In this document: positions 1 to 12,587 of the stretch, one piece after another
Numbering within the stretch: position 1 is the stretch's first letter
Layout: the number at the start of each line of letters is the position of its first letter
DNA from: Eremomyces bilateralis CBS 781.70
Lineage: Eukaryota
Direction: 5' to 3' (one strand)
DNA length: 64,000 nt
Assembly (NCBI GenBank): GCA_010015585.1
Contig: ML975155.1
Notes under the pieces: generated by a model
Database searches by the model: none
What the model was told of the DNA's origin: nothing
Seen by the model: only the letters and a program-made list of their open reading frames with translations
Translations under genes and position numbers: made by a program

Positions 1-527
1 AGACTCCTTGATTTTGCGTGCGAGAGTAATGAGCAGTTCAGGCGATGCCATGCAGATGGCGGGACCGTACCTCCGCCAGGGTCGTAGCTTGAGCGATAAA
101 ACCTCCAACTCTCTGGACATACTTTCGATATGTCTCGACTTGAATTATTGAATGCGCGTCTGTATGTTGACATGTTGTTCATTGTTGAGGAGGACGGTAA
201 GCCCTGCTGAGCAGATCACCAATATAAGCCTCGGCTGATTGGACACCCGGTTGCGGTCAACATGCGGGCATGGCAGTGTAACCTGTGTAAGGTACTCCGT
301 ACATGTCGATGGGTTGGGAATAGCTTTTGGCCGTTGTGATGGCTTCATTTTGCAATATTCCCTTAATTTAAAGAAACCTAGATACTTCAGCGTCCAGAAT
401 AATTGCTCGTGCAATCAGCGCATTATTTCCCCGGCCTCCTAGTACCGGTAACCTAATACCCGGTCCTACCCTGACCCCACAACTCAGCATTCGCCTGTCA
501 CCCCAATATCTGAATCCACCGATCCAA

Positions 528-1139
528 ATGGAAGACGAAGCCAAGTTCGCCTCCATACCATGGGTATCCAAACTGATTCAAGACCCTCAATGGGTCTCCG
601 TAACCACCCCATCCCGCATCCCCAAACCCACCGGCGAAGATTCATTTTTCGCGAAGCTTTTAAACTCACCCACCACAATCCCCGGGTACCTGTCACAATA
701 CCGACGGCCTGATACGGCCATCGCGCACGGGGCGCCGATTTCGAACGACGGGAGCAAACATGAACCCGCGCAGATCAGCGAAGTGCGCACGTTCGTCACC
801 CTGATGAAGGACCTGGCGGGTCACCCTAATCTCACGCATGGCGGCATCATTGCATCGGTGTTCGACGAAGTCATGGGCGTGATGATCATGATCCGGCTTC
901 AAGGCGGAAAACCTGAGCACATGGATGTGGGTGGAGGGGGGCTTTTCACGGCGTATATGAACGTGCAATATCTGCGACCGGTCCCGCTCGGGGGCGCGGT
1001 GATGGTGGTGGCGTGGGTGAAGAAGGTGACGGAAGGGAGGAAGTTTTGGATCGAGTCGGAGATGCGGGATGAGGCGGGGACGGTGTTGGCGACGGGCGAG
1101 ACGCTTTACGTGAAGGCGAAGGCGAAGGCGAAGATGTGA
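528..1139 (+). CDS. PaaI/hotdog-fold acyl-CoA thioesterase (single exon)
   Basis: 203-aa ORF with GHPNLTHGGIIASVFDEVMG (HGG...DE hotdog motif) and TAYMNVQYLRPVP; ends in AKM, a PTS1-like tripeptide. Confidence 0.9.
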   Translation: MEDEAKFASIPWVSKLIQDPQWVSVTTPSRIPKPTGEDSFFAKLLNSPTTIPGYLSQYRRPDTAIAHGAPISNDGSKHEPAQISEVRTFVTLMKDLAGHPNLTHGGIIASVFDEVMGVMIMIRLQGGKPEHMDVGGGGLFTAYMNVQYLRPVPLGGAVMVVAWVKKVTEGRKFWIESEMRDEAGTVLATGETLYVKAKAKAKM

Positions 1140-1263
1140 AAGATCGCGGTCGGTCGAAATATACTTGCACCACGACACGGGCGGCATCATGAAGCATTAA
1201 AACCTGTGAATCGGGATCCTTTTTGGATGGATAGACAATATACAGGGGATATCGACAAATCAA

Positions 1264-2005
1264 TCATCTCCAGAGAGCTGGATATGCTCGTTCTAGATAA
1301 TCTCGTTGCGCCTCCCATGCTAGCCAGTCCGAGCGTGTCGTCCTATCCAATGTTAGTGAATCGTCCCGACTATCATATTGATACACATACGGCAATAAAC
1401 CCATCGCGTTGACTTTGTAGATTCCCAGACCCATCAGCAGGATATTCATCAGCACATAGACGATCTTAACCAGCAGCAACCGCGACTTGGTGCCTTCGGT
1501 TTCGAATCGTTGGAAGGCGCCTTGGACATTCATTATGGACTGGATCGGCGTTTTGAACAGCATAAACACCATCATGATGGAGAAGATCTGGAGTGAGTTG
1601 CCGCTCATGTACATGCCTGCGCAAGTTAGAAGGATCCTTCTCTGTATAAGAATAGAGGTATACGATAGGAGTTTATACGTACCGATTGCATTCATGGGTA
1701 TCTGCTTCGCCGGTCCCAGAGCAATCTCCCATGCCTTCTTCACTTTCAATGTGTCCATCTCCTCCGTTGTAGGTGCTTTTCGGGGAGTGGCTTGCTTGGA
1801 CGAGGCGGTTTTCTAGGTCAATATCAGCTACGGCGTTCAAGGGTTCATGCGCTGTGAAGGGCATTACCTTGCTCCCGCCCGAAGCAGAGAACCCCGGGGG
1901 ATCCGGTATATTGGCAGTTTTCGGTTTTGATCCTGGCGTAGAGTTCATGTCAAGAACCCATTGGGGGGGCGGAGGGGGAAGAGGGTTTGGGCCCTGTGAT
2001 GCCAT
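1264..2005 (-). CDS. EMC4: ER membrane protein complex subunit 4 (multi-exon)
   Basis: LKVKKAWEIALGPAKQIPMNAI / MYMSGNSLQIFSIMMVFMLFKTPI / KVNAMGLLP-TTRSDWLAWE are EMC4 (DUF1077) motifs; short GT-AG introns join ORFs 1673..2005 and 1264..1758. Confidence 0.93.
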
Positions 2006-2553
2006 CTTGATAGACTAGGGGTAGTCTGGTTGAAGTCGTCCTATCTGGATGGGATGGATGACGGATGAATTCGAAGAGCTGGAGCAAAGAAGCGTAGCAG
2101 CTAACCACCGAACTGGAAGTATTTGTGACGTGAGACTTGCGAATGAGTGGATGAAGTATGATTTATGAAGCTACTGGAACATGATGGTGGTGTCTATGGA
2201 GCTAACTTAACAATTCCGTCGTCCGCAGTGGAACCCAACGGAGGGACGAATAATAAGACGATCCCTGTTCGGTCTGGACAAACGTTCAACTTCCGCCATT
2301 CCGTGATCTGTCGACTGTATTTAGTACTGTGAACTGTCGAGGTGTTCGATATTCTCATGACAAGATTAATGTTTGATGAGTGCCACCCCGCATCGCCACT
2401 CCAGACCTCCCTGATGATTCCCGTTGATCTGTGAAACCTCACCACACCAAGCGACCGCGGCTAGTTAGGGCTGGAGTAGCGAATACGTGACAAAGGAGGA
2501 GGGGAAGCTGGCCGCCCTGGAGGGCACATGCACCATCGCTTCAGGCAAGCAAG

Positions 2554-5097
2554 ATGAGTACCGGTGGGCAAGATGCGAAGTTGTTCTCGAAGGTACGTTC
2601 TGCGATTCACCTCGTCTCATTTCACCTTCACTCTCTGCCATCGTCGCCCGTCCATCGAGTGCCATTCCGGCGCATTGCGGCTCGTCGCAATCCACCATGC
2701 CACCATGACTGCCTTCATGTACATGTCCATGTGGGATGTTCCACGCTTACAATCTCCTCAAACTCCACAGGGCAAGGTTGCGGAACTTCGACTCGAACTC
2801 AATGGCGGCGGGAAGAAGGACAAGAACTTCTCCCAGAAGAAGATCGCTCTGAAGAAGATCGTCGCGAACCTGGCCTGGGCGAACAATGAGATGCTGGGCC
2901 TGTTTCCGGACATCGTCGAGTGCATGTCAATACCGAGTTTGGAGGTCAAGAAGATGTCAGTGTTGCGCTGGTCCGAGAAGTGGTCGGAAGTTGACCGAAC
3001 GCAGGTGTTTCGTCTATCTCGTCACGTATGCGAAACTTAAACCGGACATCGCTCTGAAAGCGCTGCCGATTCTCCTGAATGTGAGACCTCGAACACAGCT
3101 TTTGAGAGACGGTTACTGAGACGGCCTAAATAGGACCTACAAGATAGCAACCCCCTTATGCGAGCATTGGCCCTCCGAACGATATCATACGTCCATGTCC
3201 GAGAATTCGTGGAGAAAACGGTGCCTCCTCTCAAAGGGCTCCTCAAAGATGCGGATCCATATGTCCGCAAAACAGCCGCGATATGTGTCGCCAAGCTGTA
3301 CGACCACAATCGACATCTGGTGGAGACAACGGATCTGATCGATCGTCTGAACGCCATGCTGCGCGACGAGAACCCAACGGTTGTCTCGAATGCGCTCGCA
3401 GCGTTGATGGATATCTGGGGGCGGAGCGAGTCCATAAAGCTCACGATTGACTATGCCAGCGCTTCGAAGATCATTCAAATCCTACCGGACTGCTCAGAGT
3501 AAGCATTTCTCTATTGAGTATTATACGCTTCTAACTCTGTATAGATGGGGGCAAACATACATCCTGGAAGCCATGATGAATTATGTCCCCCAGGATTCGT
3601 CTGAGGCGAGCCTACTGGCGGAACGGATAGCACAGCGGCTGGCCCATTCGAACTCCGCCGTCGTGCTAACCTGCATACGAGTCATACTCTACCTCATGAA
3701 CTACATTGCTGATCAAAAAGTGGTGGCATCACTATGCGTGAAGCTCTCGCCGCCGCTCGTCACTCTCCTTTCCAAAGGACCCGAAATCCAATACCTAGCG
3801 TTACGAAACGCCTTATTAATACTCCAGAGACGGCCGGAGATCCTGCGAAACGATATCCGGGTCTTCTTCTGTAAATATAACGATCCAATTTACGTTAAAG
3901 TGACGAAGTTGGAATTGATTTTCATGCTGGCCACGAAGGACAACATCAAGGAAGTGTTGACGGAGTTGCGAGAGTAAGTTTTCCGGAGCACATGAAGTTC
4001 GGATTTAACCATGGTCTAGATATGCCACAGAAATTGATGTCGACTTCGTTCGAAAATCCGTCCGAGCCATTGGGAAGTTGGCGATCAAGATCGAGTCGGC
4101 TGCCAAAGAATGCATCAACACGCTATTGGACTTGGTTGCGACGAAGGTTTCCTACATCGTGCAGGAAGCGACGGTGGTGATCAGAAACATCTTCCGCAAA
4201 TATCCCGATCAGTACGAATCCATCATCGGCACGCTCTGCGAGAACCTCGACAGTCTCGATGAGCCCGAAGCCAAAGCGGCCATGATCTGGATCATCGGGC
4301 AATACGCCGACCGCATCGACAACTCCGACACCCTCCTCGAGGACTTCCTCTTCACGTTCGCCGACGAGCCCCACGAAGTGCAACTCGCCCTCCTCACCGC
4401 GACCGTCAAGCTCTTCATCCAACGCCCCACCAAAGGCCAAGACCTCGTCCCCAACGTCCTCCGCTGGGCCACTGAAGAAACCGACAATCCCGACCTCCGC
4501 GACCGCGGCTACATGTACTGGCGCCTCCTCAGCTCCGACCCCACCGCCGCCAAGCGCATCATCATGGGCGAGAAACCCCCCATCACTGCCGAGTCCGAGC
4601 GCCTCGACCCCGCCACCCTCGAGGAGATGTGCCTCAACGTCGGCACCCTCGCCACCATCTACCTCAAGCCCGTCCACACCGTCTTCCGTAGCGCGCGGCC
4701 CCGCCGCTTGCAGGATAGCCCCGCCCTCCAGAAAGACCGCCTCCCGACCCACCAGGCGATCGCGCGCCGGCAGCAGTTGGCGGTCGACACCGCGGGCGCG
4801 ATGGCGGCGAGTCCCGCGGCGACGTCCGCGTCCGCGTCACCGCAACCGCAATCCAACGGCTCGCCGGCCGCGGAAGGCAACATGTCGGCGGCGGTGGACG
4901 CGGCGGACCTGTATTTCTCGGGACTGGGCAGCCAGCAGCTGGCGAGCATGCGGGTCAGCGAGAATGAGTTCGGGGGCAGTCCGGTGGGTCCAAATGCGGG
5001 AGGGCAGAACATGTACGTGGTGAATCAGAATCAGCCGCAGGGGGTATATCAGCCGGTGAATGGTGGGGGGGAGAATGGGGACTTGTTGATGCTTTAG
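2554..5097 (+). CDS. APL1: AP-2 adaptor complex beta subunit (adaptin N domain, multi-exon)
   Basis: Exon 1 [13 protein letters not shown], intron 2593-2770, then [33 protein letters not shown]; later [16 protein letters not shown] and [17 protein letters not shown]-terminus matches fungal beta2; no C-terminal ear domain. Confidence 0.9.
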
Positions 5098-5127
5098 GGG
5101 GGTTGGTGGTTGGGGGTGGGGTTGGGG
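5097..5127 (+). other. G-quadruplex-capable G-tract directly after the AP-2 beta stop codon
   Basis: GGGGGGTTGGTGGTTGGGGGTGGGGTTGGGG: four runs of 4 or more G with short loops. Confidence 0.5.
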
Positions 5128-5761
5128 TAGACCTGTACATAGAATGAGCCGGTGGGTTGTGGAGGGAACCTATTTGGGGAAGATAATGTTCACGCGGACG
5201 AGGCTTGTGTGAAGATGTGGCTGGTTGAGAGACGGTGACTACAGGACGGGACAGCGACCTTTGGTCTGGTTTATTGTGGGCCGTAAATCCAGAATGAAGC
5301 GTTTCTCTTGGACCGAACACAGGTACCGGAACAGTTAACAGATCAATACAACCACTATCACGACGCAACGGATGCAGAACTCGAGAGATTGACGGGTTGA
5401 CATTTTCAGCGGTCTCTCATTGCAACACACCTCCACTGCTCGGATGCTCTCTATACTGGCCATACAACCCGGACGCCATTGACCGTCGCGAACGATGTGA
5501 AAAAAACACAGAAAGAAACACGCGACCGCTTCTGGCGAAAACACAAAAGAGAGGGAAGGGGAAGTAAATGCCATGGTTTCAAAGTGTTGCTGCGCCGTGT
5601 TGTGTCCCATCTTGTCCGGTCGTGAGGTTGAATGCAAAGAAGTATCGTCGTTCATTGGCCACATGTCTGTCTTCATCTTCATGTTTCGGTTCCGTCGCCA
5701 CCGATCCACCACGGGTGGGTTGCGGATCAGACTTATCCGACGTTCTCGAACGACGGATCCT

Positions 5762-7904
5762 TCACGCTGCCGCCCGCATCGCCCAGACCCGCCACCGGGC
5801 GGTTGTACGACCAGCCGGCGAACTGCTGCTGCATGGTCTGCGAGAGCATCGGGCCGTCCACGTACGAGTCGGTGGGCGCTTCGCTGGTGAATTCGCAGTC
5901 GAAGTTCGCGGTGTCCAGCTGGTCGACCTGGGGTTACAAATTAGCACGAGGGGCCTCGTATGGAATAGATTTGAGGCGGCGCAACACATACCACGTTCGG
6001 CTTGAAGCTCGGCTCGTATTTCCGATCCAACAGCTTCCGCCAGTCAATGCTGTGGAAGAAATAATGCGCCTTGATCTCCGCGGCACCCTTGGCGCCCAGC
6101 CGCTTGTCGGCATTGCGGTCGAGGAGGCGGGTCAGAAGGTCGCGGGCGGCGGGGGGGACGATCTCCGGGCCGGGGAAGTGGAGCGGCTCGGTGAGGATCT
6201 TGCGGTACATTTCGTTGGTGTTTTCGTCGTAGAAGGGAGGGAGGCCCGTGAGCATCTCGTAGAGGAGGACGCCGAGGGTCCACCAGTCGATGGCTTTGGT
6301 GTAGCCGCCGCCGGTGAGGAGTTCGGGGGCGAGGTATTCGGGGGTACCGGCGAACGCTACGTATTGTTAGTGCTGCGGGGGATTGATGGCGATGAGGTCC
6401 TTACTGTTCGTCCTGTCCTCATCTTTCATATCTAGTTTGCAGAGACCGAAATCGCAAAGCGCAATGTGGCCAGTATAATCAAGCAGAATATTTTCAGGCT
6501 TCAAGTCTCGGTAGATGACGTTGAAGCCATGCAAACACTCCAGCGCGCACAGGATCTCGGCGGTATAGAAACGGGCTCGGTTGATGTCGAATCGCTGCTC
6601 TTTCTGTAGATGATGGAACAGCTCGCCGCCGTTCACGAAGGCGAGAACCAGATATAACTTTTCGGGCGATTGGAAGGAGAATTTCAGAGGTACAATGAAG
6701 GGGTTATTGATCTGGGCCAGGACCGATCGCTCAGCGAGGGTGTGGGCCACTTCGGATCGGGAGATAATGTGCGCCTTCCGCAGGGTCTTCAACGCATAGA
6801 TCCGATGGGTATCTTTCTTCCTGCGAAGGATTAGCTCCAGGCATAAACATGGCAGGACCGAACGTACCTAACTTGCATGACCTTCCCAAAACTACCTTTA
6901 CCGACAACCTTGAGCAGTTCAAAGTCTTCGATTTTGAGTGACCGTTGCCGGTTCTCCACGAACTCGACCCCGACCTTAATCGCTCCGGTTCCATATTGGA
7001 CCTCAACCCAATCAGTCCCCGTCTGACCGAGTGCACGCTCGTCCGTCTTGTCCTTATCCTTTTTACTCTTCAGATCCTCATGTCCATAGACCTCCTCAAA
7101 CCGGGGATTCACCCTCGCGGTACCAATGAAGATGTCCTCGCTCCGTCCCGCGTTCGGCGACGCACTAGGGTTCCGGACGTATAACGACAACGACAGATCG
7201 CAAATGCGAGAAACGTCGAACTTGTACTGCGTGCTGCCCCCCGCCCAGAGCGGGTTCTGCGGCGTTCCGGAGACGGCGTTGACGAAGATCTGTTGCTTGT
7301 CGAAGTCCACAATGGCGTACGGCAGGTACTTGGAGGAGTAGCGGCCATGGACGGTGGGAGCGGAGTTGATCCCCGCGGCCGACTGCGGTCGCGCGGAGGG
7401 GACGTAGGAGCCAATGGCACCGGGTTGTTGTCGGGAGGACGAGTTCGGTCGCATCGAGCCAGCGACGGACAAGGCGCTGCCTTGGGAAAGCGAACTGGGA
7501 TGGTGGGAGGCATTGGTGAAGAGGTTCTCGGCTCCTGGGGGTAGGGAGAAGCTTTTGCCTTCATGAAGTGTGACGATAAGGATTCCGGGGAGTAGTGGAG
7601 GAGGGGGAAGGTGTGCGTTTGCTTCTGATGCGGCTATGACGAGTTAGGACTGACCAACAGGCTGTGACGGGAGGATAGGATACGTACCTATGCCATTGGG
7701 GTCCTTTGGCTCTATGGTCGGTGTTGTCGCGGGGCTTCCGGTCGGTTTTGGGGGGTCATTAACAATGGTTGAGGTTGAGGAGGACCGGCTAAAGGTGTTC
7801 GCGAGGGGTGCGAGATGGGTCTCTTTAAGCTCTGTCGATCCGTCAGCGCCTGCAAAACGGGTGTGCAGTCCATGAAGCATACTCTTCGTTAATTTCCACG
7901 ACAT
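5762..7904 (-). CDS. YPK1: AGC-family Ser/Thr kinase Ypk1/Gad8 (multi-exon)
   Basis: Starts MSWKLTK; C2-like region; [50 protein letters not shown]-tail KYEPSFKP. Confidence 0.93.
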
Positions 7905-8374
7905 GATGACCGAGTTACAGGCAGGTGATGTAAGGGGGAGAAGTGGGAGAAGATGCGAAGATGGTGGAGCCGAAGGACGGTGAGAGTGGTTCGGCTAACG
8001 AGTGGGAGTGATAGTGGGAGATGAGCGGAGAGGAGGGTTGATAAGAGCACGAAGAAGTGGCAACGTTGGGGACGACGAAGAGGCAGAAGAGCACCCGGAC
8101 AACATGAATGGAACACTGAATAGGGGAGAGGAGAAGGGGGTGGAAACTGGCGTCGCAGGATAATATTGAGGGGGCTATGCACAGCACAATGCCTGGGAGG
8201 AGGAGGAGAGGAGCAGTTTGAGTGGCAGTTCAGTGGCAGTTGCTCACGTAAAACTGGTTCCCGACATCACACAGTGGATGCACACAGCGGATAACAGCGG
8301 ACACCCACATGACACAATAGAGGGGGGTGGAGAGGAGATGCCGGGTGGAGCGGATGGCTGGTGGTGACGAGAGT

Positions 8375-8380
8375 CACGTG
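8375..8380. promoter_or_regulatory. E-box (GTCACGTG, Cbf1/bHLH-type) in the YPK1-ADA2 divergent promoter
   Basis: GAGTCACGTG at 8371-8380 between two head-to-head genes. Confidence 0.4.
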
Positions 8381-8453
8381 CGAGGGCATGTCACATGAAC
8401 GTGAATCTCGGTCTGGAGCTGCACCTGATGGATAGATAGATCTCTAAGTGTAT

Positions 8454-8490
8454 GCCTTGTAGCCTTGTAGCCTTGTAGCCTTGTAGCCTT
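8454..8490. repeat. Tandem repeat (GCCTTGTA) x ~4.6
   Basis: Read directly from the sequence. Confidence 0.95.
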
Positions 8491-8800
8491 ATCAGTATGA
8501 TTCGTGATTGATCCGGCAACGCAGTCGGCCAGCCTGCATATCAATCCTCAACTTCCATGAGGTTGCGCTTCGAGCCTTAACACCGGGCTCACTTCGATAC
8601 CCCATTCATGCGCAATCACTCGATGAAGCCTCTCCTGCTCATCCAAGCAGTTCCCAAACCCTTAACCCTCTTGCGACCATGAATTAGCTCTCCAACATCT
8701 CCGTACACCTGCGAAGCCCATCTCCCCGCTTCGCATCAAGTGAATCTCGACTCCGATCCGACTCTACTCCAACCTCCATATCCCCGTTGAAGCTACCAGG

Positions 8801-10415
8801 ATGGGTGTGATCAAGAAGAAGACTGCAGTTCGCGGGACTGAAGGCGGTGTGAAGTACGTCTGCGATGTTTGCTCCTCCGACATCACCTCAACAGTAAGCT
8901 ACCCCCCCAGCCTTCATCGCCATGCCAGCATTGAGACTGATATTCCCTACCCTTCAGGTCCGAATACAATGCGCTGTGTGTCACGATTACGATTTATGCG
9001 TTCCATGCTTCTCCCAGGGAAAATCCACCCGCGACCATGACCCTTCCACACACTCATATCGTGTCATCGAGCAGCACTCGATACCCATTTTCACCGATGA
9101 TTGGGGGGCAGATGAAGAGATGTTGCTCCTGGAAGGCGCGGAAACGTATGGCTTAGGGTCATGGGCCGATATCGCCGACCATATCGGTGGATATCGATTC
9201 AAAGATGAAGTTCGAGACCACTACATTAGCACCTACATCGATTCCCCGAATTTCCCACTCCCGTTGCATGCAAGTCCCGAGGATAACGAGCTCACGAATG
9301 GGATTCCACGGGAAGAGTTTCAGGCACGCAAGAAACGGCGCATCGAGGAACGGAAAGAAGCGGCCAAGAACGCCCCACCTGCAACGCCGAAACAGAAACC
9401 AACCGCCAGTGTCCCGGCCTGCCATGAAGTTCAAGGGTATATGCCCGGACGACTCGAGTTCGAAACCGAATATTTCAACGAAGCCGAAGAAGCCGTCCAA
9501 CATATGCAGTTCGACCCCGGTGACGGGATCAATCCTCGCACGGGGGAGCTGGAGCCGGAAATGGAACTCAAGATGACCATTATGGACATCTACAACTCCC
9601 GACTGACGGCGCGTATCGAGCGCAAAAAGATCATCTTCGAGCACCGCCTCCTCGAATACCGCAAAAACGCCGCCCTCGACAAGAAGCGCACCAAGGAAGA
9701 AAAAGACCTCCTCGCCAAAGCCAAGCCCTTCGCCCGCATCATGACCCACGACGACTTCGACGAGTTCAGCAAGGGCCTCGAATACGAACACAACCTCCGC
9801 ATCGCCATCCAGCAGCTCCAGGAATGGCGCCGCATGCAAATCGCCACCCTCAAGTCCGGCGAGAAATACGAGCTCGAAAAACAGCACCGCGCCTCTCGCG
9901 GCCCCGCCCCCTCCGCCTTCGATCGCATGGGCGTTTCCCGCATCAAGTCCGCCGTCCCCCCCGAAACCGCCTCCGGCGCCGTGGCCCTCATCGCCCCCGA
10001 GCTGCCCATCCGTCTACAGAAGAACCTCGCCTCCACCACCGACGCCTCTGCCCCGAAACCCGTCAACGGCACCCACGCCCTCCCCAATGGCACGACCCCC
10101 CCCTTCCCCCCGCCGGCATTCAAGCGCGATAAATTCTCCGTCCCCCCGCTCCCCAATCAATCCCCGCTGCGGTTCAACAACGAGGCCGTCCCCGACCTAC
10201 ATCTCCTGACGCCGGAGGAGCGTGAGGTGTGCAGCGTGCTGCGGATCCAGCCCAAACCGTACGTGGTGATCAAGGAGTCGGCGATGCGGGAGTCAGCGAA
10301 GAGCGGAGGAGGCTTAAAGCGGAAGGCGTTACGGGATATCTGCCGTCTGGACGTGAATAAGAGTAATCGGCTGTTTGACTTCTTCGTGCATAGTGGGTGG
10401 GTCGCGAAGGGGTGA
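8801..10415 (+). CDS. ADA2: SAGA complex transcriptional adaptor Ada2
   Basis: [10 protein letters not shown] finger (CDVC...[12 protein letters not shown]), SANT ([29 protein letters not shown]), C-terminal SWIRM; one intron at about 8893-8958. Confidence 0.96.
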
Positions 10416-10845
10416 CCGGGGGAGTTGGATTGGGGTGAGCATTCGGGAGTTCTGATTGGGATGGCGTTCTTGAGCGGGCGATGAGCTTGCTGGGTTGATG
10501 GATTGGCGGGTTCGTTGGACTTTGCGCTTTTGGTACCCCCTGGCGACATTGGGATGATCTGTAGAAATGGTTCAGACGAGAATACCTTAGGTAGGAAGCC
10601 GGTGGCAGTGCCATCCGGGTAGGGTACATCAAGAATTTATTAACAAGTCACATTCAGATCCCATCGTTTTTCGATGGCTTTGCAGATCGTACAGTGAATT
10701 TGCGCTATCATTCGTTCTCGGACGAGGATCTGCTCTGGACTACACATCGAAAACGCCTAAAACACCAGTGCTACGCTAATCAATACACATCGTGGCCATA
10801 TGGACCGTCGACTCTAAAACTCGGGACATCCGCGTAGCTTGGCTC

Positions 10846-12096
10846 TCAATCGTCAATGAGGCCCAGGATCTCCACATCCTCCACTTTCCCCTTCCCCTTC
10901 TTCTTCTTCCCTTCAGCCTTCCTCCCCCGTCTCGGCGGTTCCATACCCCCCTCATCCACCGGCCCCCCTTCTCCCTCCGCCCCGTCCACCCCTTTCCGCC
11001 TCACAATCCCCACCGTCCTCGACCGATCCTTATCCGCCAGCGCCAGCATCCTCGCCCGCTCCTCGTCAATCTCCCGCTGCACCTCCGCCGGATCCACGAA
11101 CTCGACCTCCTCCTGCCCCGTCTTCTCGCGATACTCGTCGAAGGAGAAGGGGATCGAGTGGGAGATGAGGCACGCGCGCACCCGGTCCGGCTCGATGCGC
11201 TCTTCGCGGACAAATTTGGATTTCACCTCGCGCCGCGTCCGCCCCGGGAGCATCTGGCTGAGCATGAGGAAATCCGTGCCGACCATCCGCAGCGCCTCGT
11301 AGAACTCGTCCGTTTGCTCCCCCGTCCACTTTCGGTTGCCCTTGTACGACACCCGGTCCGCCGGATCCCGTCGATTCTGATTAATCCACGACGACCGGTT
11401 CACGAAATTCGTCAGGTCATCTTCCTCCACCGCCTCCAGCGCCTGCTCCTCCATCTCCGCGTCCGCGTGCCGGTTGACCGCCTGCACCGTGTCATTGTTA
11501 ACGATGATCATCTCTCCGTTGACGATGCGCGTCTCCATCCCGCTCTCCCCCGCCGCCGGTCGCCGGATCGCCCGCTCGGCCGCCTCGTCGTGCGGTTGCC
11601 CCGCCGCGAGGTCCAGCTCGCGTCGCCGTCGCTTGACTTCCGCCCAGTCGATCTTGCGCATCGCCTTCTCGCGCTCGGAGACTTGGCCCTGCGGCAGGTC
11701 GCGGCAGAGGTCGGACATGGCGACCATGTTGGGAACGATGGTGACGAGCTCGGAGTCGACGTCGGGTTCTTTAGGGGCGGTGCGTTTACGGCCGCGGCGT
11801 TTCTTGGGTTGTGGCGCGGCATCTTCCGCTTCCCCTTCGTCTTCCACGCCCGGGGATCCGTCGTCTTCCCCCATCAACTCATCGTGACTGCGCTTGTTCG
11901 CGGATGAACTTGCTTCGGGGAGTGGTTGAGGTTGATTTCGTGCGTGGCGTGTCGCTCGAGTTTCCAGCGGCACGGCATCGACTCGTTCTTTCCCTTTCTG
12001 TGAGGGACCTCTTCGAGATGTGGGTATCTTGACGGATTCGTGGACGTACAGAACGCTGGTGGCTTGGGCGGCCATGGTGGGGTCCCCACGCGACAT
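10846..12096 (-). CDS. BDP1: TFIIIB B'' subunit Bdp1 (SANT/Myb domain)
   Basis: 416-aa ORF with WTGEQTDEFYEALRMVGTDFLMLSQMLPGRTRREVKSKFVREER and RIVNGEMII motifs. Confidence 0.88.
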   Translation of the reverse strand: MSRGDPTMAAQATSVLYVHESVKIPTSRRGPSQKGKERVDAVPLETRATRHARNQPQPLPEASSSANKRSHDELMGEDDGSPGVEDEGEAEDAAPQPKKRRGRKRTAPKEPDVDSELVTIVPNMVAMSDLCRDLPQGQVSEREKAMRKIDWAEVKRRRRELDLAAGQPHDEAAERAIRRPAAGESGMETRIVNGEMIIVNNDTVQAVNRHADAEMEEQALEAVEEDDLTNFVNRSSWINQNRRDPADRVSYKGNRKWTGEQTDEFYEALRMVGTDFLMLSQMLPGRTRREVKSKFVREERIEPDRVRACLISHSIPFSFDEYREKTGQEEVEFVDPAEVQREIDEERARMLALADKDRSRTVGIVRRKGVDGAEGEGGPVDEGGMEPPRRGRKAEGKKKKGKGKVEDVEILGLIDD

Positions 12097-12327
12097 TTGG
12101 ACGTGTATACTTCTCGCAGATAGCCGGTGCGTGTGTGTGGTTTATGTCATAACTTATGAGAGAATCTCGTTTCATATGCCGTGCTTCACAACCGCAGTTT
12201 GATTGTAGATAGACACATTTGTGTAGATTGTGGGGGTTGAATTGGTGACTGGAATTGTGGTGGAAATGAAGAAAGTTAGAGAGTGCCATAGTGGATCAAG
12301 TCGCCCGCTAGAGATCGACGCAGTTGC

Positions 12328-12333
12328 CACGTG
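12328..12333. promoter_or_regulatory. E-box CACGTG in the BDP1-BRE1 divergent promoter
   Basis: CCACGTGATC at 12327-12336. Confidence 0.4.
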
Positions 12334-12587
12334 ATCTGACCATCATGTGATTTAAGACCTAACAGTCATGTGACTCTCTGGTCCGTGCTCGTCCCGTGGT
12401 GCGTAAGGGGAACTTGGAACTTCAAGTCTTCAACTGAGAAACCCTTCACTTCCATTTTCTCACTGTGTCGTTCATTCCCTCTTCCCCTCATCCCCCATTT
12501 TCCCTTTCACCGTGTTCCGAGTCGGACTCTGCGCATGTGTTGCCGTCCCTTGCTCATCTGGCGGCCTCACCATCGTTGTCCGCGCTC

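Noticed and set aside
1..420. Possible minus-strand gene start running off the left edge (MASPELLITLARKIKES...)
   Set aside because: Too short to support; needs the adjacent window.
5632..6435. 267-aa plus-strand ORF, and similar long antisense ORFs at 4123..4752, 9159..9887 and 51905..52702
   Set aside because: Antisense to YPK1, APL1, ADA2 and EMP65; explained by codon bias on the real coding strand.
10792..11907. 371-aa plus-strand ORF
   Set aside because: Antisense shadow of GC-rich BDP1; low complexity with no motifs.
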